From an uncultured Verrucomicrobiae bacterium (GTDB taxonomy: Bacteria; Chlamydiota; Chlamydiia; Chlamydiales; Rhabdochlamydiaceae): DNA of 64,000 bases. Below the pieces are notes generated by a model that did not search any database, was not told the origin of the DNA, and saw nothing but the letters and a program-made list of their open reading frames with translations. Positions within the stretch are counted from its first letter, which is position 1. The number at the start of each line of letters is the position of its first letter. Below, piece after piece: positions 57,976 through 64,000 of the stretch. The stretch is taken from the NCBI GenBank assembly GCA_963806855.1, contig CAWDYW010000001.1:1024001-1088000 (forward strand), given 5' to 3'. The translations under genes were made by a program, and so were the position numbers.

Positions 57976-59316
57976 TTATTTGACAGCGCGGAAACCCAAT
58001 CCTTTAGGACTGGGAGGAAGCGCTCCTCCTGTTGTAAATTTTTTTGAAATAGACGGATAGTGATATCCATCAGAGCGTTGAATAAGGCGGCAATCTTTCC
58101 AGTTGATACCTTGGATAACTCCCTCTTCAGTCTGTATATTAAAGCTGCCAGAGGCACGAACAGCTACCCGTCCTGTGTATTGACCTACTTTTTTACCCTT
58201 TAAGACTTTCGCTATTACCCGATCACCTGTTTGGAATCCACGCACTCGTTTCTGTCTTGTCAAAATCCCTCGACGGGATCCAAAACGATCTAAACGAGTT
58301 CTTTGATAAGCCCCTCTTCCTGTGCAATGAATCTGTTGGATTGGCTTTTGCCAGTTGTGCAGCTCTGAAAATGTTCCGGTGCACGCTGCGTCCAGTGCAT
58401 GTGTTTTTGGAATATGTAAACGAATCCGGTTATATTTGGTTTGACCTCCGGTTCCTGCCTCAAATGCTATAGGCAACTCTTTCAAACAACGCATCAGTGC
58501 ATTGCGCGTACTGTTCACTGCGGCAGCATCACGAAATCTGGCTCCTTTAGAAATTGTTAGAGCTTGTTCAGGAGCAAATTGCTCAAGTGATGAGTTCCCT
58601 TTTTTTAAATTACAGCTGCCACATGCAAGAGTCAGGTTATCGATCTTATTGGATCCTCCGCGGCTGCGAGGTTCAATATGGTCGATTTGCAGGGGAACTT
58701 CTTTCGCGTTGCAATAGACACATTTTCGACCCCATTTTTCAAGAAGGTATTCCCGAATCTCATAACCAAAAAGGGTTCCTTGTTGGTATTCAACTCCGCC
58801 TATTTCAGGATTCATGAGTTTCTGTACATCAAAACGGACAGTTTCACAGGTGATAGCGGTAAGGGGAATGTAGCGCATTAAACGCTTAGTCCAGTTCAGG
58901 ACCGCATCGACTCGATGTTGCAATGAGGGTGCAATCCATCCCGCTTTTCGACACCTGTTAGCAAAGCGAGGAGCTCGATACCGTAATTTAGATCTCCGTT
59001 GTTTTCGCATCCCTGAGCGTGCTATTAGCCTTTCACTAATTGTGCGTCCACGATGACGAATTTCCATGAGTGAGAGAACTGTTTGCTTCTCTCCATTTTC
59101 TAAAACGATGGCAACTCCTGTATTTATACTTCCTGGGTCAATTTTAATACGCACTGGTTGCAAAACTGAAGTTTGCACTGTACGGTCGACTAAACGAATG
59201 ACGAAGGGATACATAGAATGTATCCGTGCCCTTTTTTTAGTTAGCAGGCGCTTTGCTCTTCTTTCAGAGCAAGGCATTAACGGTGTATGATTTTTATCTA
59301 ATACTAAAACAGCCAA
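57976..59316 (-). CDS. iscB: RNA-guided endonuclease IscB, copy 2
   Basis: Same PLMP/RuvC/bridge helix/HNH motifs as copy 1. The C-terminus reads through the end hairpin (ALPPSPKGLGFRAVK). Confidence 0.95.
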   Translation of the reverse strand: MAVLVLDKNHTPLMPCSERRAKRLLTKKRARIHSMYPFVIRLVDRTVQTSVLQPVRIKIDPGSINTGVAIVLENGEKQTVLSLMEIRHRGRTISERLIARSGMRKQRRSKLRYRAPRFANRCRKAGWIAPSLQHRVDAVLNWTKRLMRYIPLTAITCETVRFDVQKLMNPEIGGVEYQQGTLFGYEIREYLLEKWGRKCVYCNAKEVPLQIDHIEPRSRGGSNKIDNLTLACGSCNLKKGNSSLEQFAPEQALTISKGARFRDAAAVNSTRNALMRCLKELPIAFEAGTGGQTKYNRIRLHIPKTHALDAACTGTFSELHNWQKPIQQIHCTGRGAYQRTRLDRFGSRRGILTRQKRVRGFQTGDRVIAKVLKGKKVGQYTGRVAVRASGSFNIQTEEGVIQGINWKDCRLIQRSDGYHYPSISKKFTTGGALPPSPKGLGFRAVK

Positions 59317-59331
59317 TGACTGTCTCTCCTT

Positions 59332-59619
59332 AAAAACACTAAAAAATTGCCATTACTGGCCTTGTAACGCCCCATCTACTTACGCTTCTGGGGTCTCCCC
59401 TCGGGAATGTTGTAACACAGGCATCACGTAGCAATCCGTTTCGTCCTTACCCTATCGGTTGTCTGCAACTGCTACTTCCAGAGTCCGGAGCTGAGGAAGC
59501 ACTCCGGAGTGGGTCTTTAACCTTAATTACAACGTAGCGGGTTGGTTACCGCTTTCCCTGTTCAACTTAGGCTTGTTAGTCTCTCTCCAAGCCTCTCCCT
59601 TTAGGGAGGGGTAGTTGAC
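59332..59619 (-). ncRNA. omegaRNA (HEARO-like) scaffold of IscB copy 2
   Basis: Conserved structured region 5' of iscB with a few substitutions and indels versus copy 1. 3' limit approximate. Confidence 0.85.
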
Positions 59620-60476
59620 AGTAGATAACCGATGGAAAAAATGGTTGTATAGAATAATAACAGCTTGCCCGTCTTTCCAAAAAGGGGGGTGTAGGCGTAA
59701 GGGTCTTGATTTTTTACGACCGCTTGCACAAGCAGCGCAGCCGGGATGAAGCAGAGGCAGCACAAAAGAATCAGCAGATGTTTTTCATGGAACCAAATGG
59801 GGATAAGGAGCGCACCAAAAATGACCGTTGCAAATTCCCATTTTCCAAACGTAGTTCCAAAACGGCAAATGAGGTTTTTTCGGCCCGCTTTTCGATCCTC
59901 TTCGACATCGCGCAGGTTGTTGATGATTAGAATGGCGCAAGAGAGTAGGCCTGGTGCGAGTCCAGCGATGCCAACATGGGGATTCCACTCGAGAGTCTGT
60001 AGATAGTAGGTGCTCATGGTTGCAACAGGGCCAAAAAAGACCAAAACGAAGAATTCGGCGATTCCAAGATAGGCCAGCGGCAGTGGGCCTGCAGTATAGG
60101 CCAGTGCAAAAACTAAAGCCAGTGCAACTAGAGCGGAGATGATCCAACCGCCCTGCATAATCAGGATGCATCCACAGATTGCTGTAAAAGCCATCACCGC
60201 AAAGATCATCTGCTTCATCTGCACGACGTTAAGCAGACCGCTCGCCGTCACACGGGTGGGCCCTTTTCGAGAAGGCTTGTCAGCCCCTTTTAAGTAATCA
60301 AAGAGGTCGTTGGCCATGTTGGCGGAGATTTGGATTCCCAGCCCAGTGAGCAGAGTAAATAGCAATACCCAGAGATGGAAATGGCCACTCGCATAGGCCA
60401 TTACAGTGCCGATGCAGATCGGACTTAAGCCAGCGATCAAGGTTTTAGGTCTAGAAGCAATAATGAATTTTTTCAC
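59601..60476 (-). CDS. menA: 1,4-dihydroxy-2-naphthoate octaprenyltransferase
   Basis: [35 protein letters not shown]. The last residues (STTPP*) come from the IscB element end. Confidence 0.93.
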   Translation of the reverse strand: MKKFIIASRPKTLIAGLSPICIGTVMAYASGHFHLWVLLFTLLTGLGIQISANMANDLFDYLKGADKPSRKGPTRVTASGLLNVVQMKQMIFAVMAFTAICGCILIMQGGWIISALVALALVFALAYTAGPLPLAYLGIAEFFVLVFFGPVATMSTYYLQTLEWNPHVGIAGLAPGLLSCAILIINNLRDVEEDRKAGRKNLICRFGTTFGKWEFATVIFGALLIPIWFHEKHLLILLCCLCFIPAALLVQAVVKNQDPYAYTPLFGKTGKLLLFYTTIFSIGYLLSTTPP

Positions 60477-61315
60477 GGCCGTTTCGGGAATTTAGAAAAG
60501 TCTGGTTTCTGTTTTTTTAGGTAGGAACGGTGTCCCTCTTTTGCCTCTTCTGACATGTAGTAGAGCAGGGTTGCGTTGCCAGCGAGCTCTTGCACGCCGG
60601 ATAGTCCATCGATGTCGGCGTTGAATGCCGATTTTAGACAGCGAAGCGCCAGCGGAGAGTGTTCAAGCATCTGCTCACACCATTCAACTGTCGTCTTCTC
60701 GAGTGCCTCATAAGGGACAACCACGTTGACAAGGCCCATATCGAGTGCCTCTTGGGCTGAATATCTGCCGCACATGAACCAAATTTCGCGCGCCTTTTTC
60801 TGTCCGACGATGCGAGCGAGCAGACCAGCGCCATACCCGCCGTCGAAGGAGCCCACTTTCGGTCCAGTTTGTCCAAAGATTGCATTGTCGGCGCAGATAG
60901 TCAAATCGCAGACTACATGGAGCACATGACCGCCGCCGATCGCATAGCCGGCCACCATGGCGATCACCGGTTTGGGACAAGAGCGGATTTGCTTTTGCAG
61001 ATCGAGCACATTGAGCCGATCCATTCCTAAACCATCCGTATATCCTGCATCTCCGCGGATCCGCTGATCTCCGCCGGAGCAAAAAGCCTCTTTTCCTTCT
61101 CCGCAGAGAATGATCACGCCGATCTTCTCATCCATTCTGGCATCTAAAAGGGCCGCAGACATCTCATCAACTGTAATGGGGCGAAACGCATTGCGCACTT
61201 CGGGGCGGTTGATCGTGATCTTGGCGATCCCATCCATTTTGTGGTACTTGATATCCTGAAATTTCTTCACTTCAATCCATGAAAATTTGGGAGTAGTGCA
61301 TTCAATAGTGTTCAT
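60473..61315 (-). CDS. menB: 1,4-dihydroxy-2-naphthoyl-CoA synthase
   Basis: [45 protein letters not shown]. Confidence 0.97.
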   Translation of the reverse strand: MNTIECTTPKFSWIEVKKFQDIKYHKMDGIAKITINRPEVRNAFRPITVDEMSAALLDARMDEKIGVIILCGEGKEAFCSGGDQRIRGDAGYTDGLGMDRLNVLDLQKQIRSCPKPVIAMVAGYAIGGGHVLHVVCDLTICADNAIFGQTGPKVGSFDGGYGAGLLARIVGQKKAREIWFMCGRYSAQEALDMGLVNVVVPYEALEKTTVEWCEQMLEHSPLALRCLKSAFNADIDGLSGVQELAGNATLLYYMSEEAKEGHRSYLKKQKPDFSKFPKRP

Positions 61316-61973
61316 CAAGTGCTCCTTTTATGATCTTTGAGCAAGCCTTTGGGTTTTCCAAATGGACCGCATGGCCTGCATTTTCGATAGGGAAAATTCT
61401 CGTCGTCGTGACAAGTTTACGATATAGCATTGCATATTTCAAGTCTTCTTTGCCGTGAGCGAAAATTGTGCTGGGAAATATCTCTGAGTTGCTTTTTTTG
61501 GCGAGGCTATAATGCTCCAAAAATTGGGCGAGATGGAGCGGGTTTTGGGTTTTGCGCCTGGCGAGGATGGTTTGGAACTGCGGATGGTTTTTCAAACTGG
61601 TGAAGAGCTCCTGGCTGTACCATTGTTCAAGGAAGTCCTCGAACGGGGCAGTCTTGAGTAGATGAACCCATTTTTGGTCAATCAGAGAGCGGGCTTTTTT
61701 TTCTTCTTCAGTTTTTAGGCCAGGATGAGCTGAGAGGGCGATGATCCGCCCATAATCTTCAGGGAATCGAGTCTTCAACTCTAAGGCAATTCTCCCTCCA
61801 GCCGAATAACCGATTACAAATTTTGCCTTCGGGACCATTTCTTTAATAGCCAGAGCGATATCGTCCGCTCCATAAGGCAAATCGATACAGGTTGATTCCA
61901 CATCAGGAAGATGAGTCAAGAGGGGATTCCAGTCCTCCTTCTGCCCTAAGAAGCCGTGCAGAAAGAGGAGCAT
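61302..61973 (-). CDS. menH: SHCHC synthase (alpha/beta hydrolase)
   Basis: LHGFLG, GYSAGGR nucleophile elbow, [10 protein letters not shown]. Lies between menD and menB. Confidence 0.88.
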   Translation of the reverse strand: MLLFLHGFLGQKEDWNPLLTHLPDVESTCIDLPYGADDIALAIKEMVPKAKFVIGYSAGGRIALELKTRFPEDYGRIIALSAHPGLKTEEEKKARSLIDQKWVHLLKTAPFEDFLEQWYSQELFTSLKNHPQFQTILARRKTQNPLHLAQFLEHYSLAKKSNSEIFPSTIFAHGKEDLKYAMLYRKLVTTTRIFPIENAGHAVHLENPKACSKIIKGALDEHY

Positions 61974-63586
61974 AGTTGATTTTTCACTTGGTTGTCGATT
62001 TGTTTGTGAAGGGCGAGATTCTCTTCTCGATTTGTCTTGATTTCGATGAGGCACGTGCCCGCTACATGTAGTGCGTCTGACAATTCATCTCTGGTTTTTG
62101 GATTAAAGTAGGGCAATCCAAACAACTCGGCTGCTTTTGTAAATTCAATGTCATGCACTGCTGCAAAATAGGTGTCCAATAGATCTTTCCTCTCACCGAT
62201 GGCAATGAAGGAGAAAATGCCTCCGCCTCCATTGTTGATCACAATTAACTTGACCGGATGCTTCGTCTTCTTCAATTGTGCGAGTGAATTGAGATCATGC
62301 AGAAAGGTCTGATCGCCGACGACTGCAATCAGCGGCATGTGATGGGCGATCCCTGCGCAAGTGGCGATATTGCCATCAATTCCCGACAGCCCACGGTTGG
62401 CAAAAATCGGTCCCCGAGCCTCTTTGGGGAAGAAAAACATATCGGCATCGCGAATCGGCATGCTGCTGGCGATAAAAAGAGCTGCCCTATGATTCTCTAA
62501 TTCTTTGAATACTCCTGGCTCGGTGAGCAGATCGTTTTCGATGATGGGTGTGACAGAATAGTCGAACCATCGTTGCCGTTTTTCAAGCAGCTTAGCTACC
62601 TCGGCGCAAAAGAATTGGGGATCGCAGACAATCCGATCGGTGACCCGATGGAGCGGATCGCACCGTTTGCAGTGCGCCGCAACTTGGATCACCCGCTTCT
62701 GCAGTCCGACCCATTGCAGAACAAATTTAGAGACGAAAGCATCGCCAAAATGGAGCACTGCATCGACCTTGAAATCGGGGCGCGACTTCACAATGTGATG
62801 ATGGTAGGGGACGACTTGCGGGCTGGCCAAATGGCGGTGGGAGGAATTGATGTCGGCAAAGATGGGCCATCCGAGTTTTTCGGAGAGGAGATCGACGGCT
62901 TCGCAGCTTCCACTCCCACCGATGATGATGACACCCTTTTCGACTTCTCCCAATATATCCGCCCACTCTTCAATTTGGGCGTTAGTTAGGGTGAGCTCTG
63001 GCAACGTATAAGCAGTAGGAGTGAGCGACTGCGCTTTACATGGGTTCTCATCAAAAAAGGGCTCAGCAAATGGGCAATTGAGTTGAACAGGCCCTTTAAT
63101 TGGAAATATCGACCGGTTGACTAGTTGGGCAATCGTGGTGGAGAGAAAATTCTGCGGCAGTGCAGGGGAAGGCGAGGGGAGATCGAAAAAGTAATTGACC
63201 GAATCGGCGAAAATCTTGATCTGATCGCAAGTTTGATTGGCCATCACATCGCGTAGCTCGGCGGGACGATCGGAGGTGAGCACGATCAGAGGCACATGGG
63301 CATATTTGGCCTCCATGATCGCCGGCAGCAGATTTCCCACCGCTGTGCCTGAAGTGACGATGACAGCTGCAGGTTTTCCAGATGCTTTGGCATATCCTAA
63401 GGCGTGAAAAGCGGTCCCCCGCTCGTCAAGGTGAACAAAAGCGGTCACCTCGGGATGCTCTGCTACCGCCATCGCCAGCGGGGTCGAGCGGGATCCGGGG
63501 GAGAGGCAAAAATAGGTGACACCCTGCTGGACGAGTTGATCGACAATCGTTTTGCCCCATGTGGTTGTCAGCTGACCATTTTGCAT
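61946..63586 (-). CDS. menD: SEPHCHC synthase
   Basis: SPGSRSTPL, DERG, TSGTAVGN, SMPIRD, NRGLSGIDG, GD..HDLN, NNGGGGIF. Confidence 0.96.
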   Translation of the reverse strand: MQNGQLTTTWGKTIVDQLVQQGVTYFCLSPGSRSTPLAMAVAEHPEVTAFVHLDERGTAFHALGYAKASGKPAAVIVTSGTAVGNLLPAIMEAKYAHVPLIVLTSDRPAELRDVMANQTCDQIKIFADSVNYFFDLPSPSPALPQNFLSTTIAQLVNRSIFPIKGPVQLNCPFAEPFFDENPCKAQSLTPTAYTLPELTLTNAQIEEWADILGEVEKGVIIIGGSGSCEAVDLLSEKLGWPIFADINSSHRHLASPQVVPYHHHIVKSRPDFKVDAVLHFGDAFVSKFVLQWVGLQKRVIQVAAHCKRCDPLHRVTDRIVCDPQFFCAEVAKLLEKRQRWFDYSVTPIIENDLLTEPGVFKELENHRAALFIASSMPIRDADMFFFPKEARGPIFANRGLSGIDGNIATCAGIAHHMPLIAVVGDQTFLHDLNSLAQLKKTKHPVKLIVINNGGGGIFSFIAIGERKDLLDTYFAAVHDIEFTKAAELFGLPYFNPKTRDELSDALHVAGTCLIEIKTNREENLALHKQIDNQVKNQLCSSFCTAS

Positions 63587-64000
63587 ACATTCCTCCATAG
63601 AGATGTTTTATGCTCAAGCTCGTCCCACTCCTTGCTTGGGACCGAACCTGCCACAATACCAGTTCCGGCAAAAAGATGGAGAGCATTTTCTTTGATGAGA
63701 GCCGAGCGAATCCCGACTGCGAACTCTGCGGTTTGCTGGGAAACAAACCCCAATGGAGAAGCATACCAACCCCGTTCAAATGGCTCAAAACGGAGGAGGT
63801 GTTCGAGGGCGCTGCGGCGAGGCAACCCTCCCATCGCGGCGGTGGGGTGCAAAGCGATTAATATTTGGGCATCTGTGGCGTCAGCCAATAGCTCGGCCTC
63901 GAAAGGATTATGGAGGTGTTGCACGTTGGGTGTTTTGATCACTCCGTCTGTCTCTTGGCATCCGATCGCACTACAAAAAGGCTTCAGCCCCTCGAGAATC
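63568..64000 (-). CDS. menF: Isochorismate synthase, C-terminal part (runs off window end)
   Basis: NVQHL, LHPTAAMGGLP, RGWYA, VGIRSA, FAGTGIVAGS..EWDE..K chorismate-binding motifs upstream of menD. Confidence 0.9.
   Translation of the reverse strand, partial: ILEGLKPFCSAIGCQETDGVIKTPNVQHLHNPFEAELLADATDAQILIALHPTAAMGGLPRRSALEHLLRFEPFERGWYASPLGFVSQQTAEFAVGIRSALIKENALHLFAGTGIVAGSVPSKEWDELEHKTSLWRNVCKMVS

Larger units (their letters stand above)
57975..59619 (-). mobile_element. IS200/IS605-superfamily IscB element, copy 2, inserted between menA and menC
   Basis: Near-identical to copy 1 with the same ends, and followed by the ATGA of menC. Confidence 0.9.

Noticed and set aside
57975..58157. 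N-terminal extension of MenC in the ORF track
   Set aside because: It lies inside the IscB element; the true start is ATG 57974.
52171..59316. Cas9 or simple HNH homing endonuclease call for the RuvC+HNH ORFs
   Set aside because: About 440 aa, PLMP N-terminus, no REC lobe or array, and an upstream omegaRNA-like region identify IscB.

Overview
Chromosomal window from an environmental member of the Chlamydiae, inferred from the Slc1-type T3SS chaperone, the long chlamydial YidC next to dnaA, the dcd/ruvB/glgX/ssb/pepA and tlyC-tlyC-nifS-PP2C gene sets, and F-box/LRR effectors. Housekeeping genes (acpS, rlmH, lgt, ssb, pepA, ruvB, dcd, dnaA, yidC, SRP RNA, classical menFDHBACE operon) are interleaved with accessory modules. 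(1) The AT-rich tail of an Rhs polymorphic-toxin locus, with immunity-type genes and a decayed orphan toxin tip (1-2365). (2) A compact cyclic-nucleotide signalling cluster: CHASE2 adenylate cyclase, MBL hydrolase, cNMP-domain CAAX protease and cNMP-domain NDH-2, interrupted by an AbiE toxin-antitoxin pair whose toxin carries ankyrin repeats (9.5-17.7 kb). (3) An 11-kb array of five F-box-LRR effector genes, one effector pseudogene and higBA, in which every gene is preceded by a displaced copy of the 3' end of the flanking M48 peptidase gene (21.1-32.6 kb). (4) A multiply disrupted glgX. (5) Two near-identical non-autonomous IS200/IS605-family IscB (OMEGA) elements with omegaRNA, both inserted exactly 5' of an ATGA that is a host start codon, one of them inside the men operon. 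Several families of palindromic intergenic repeats are also present. All calls are from reading sequence motifs by eye; no database searches were run.
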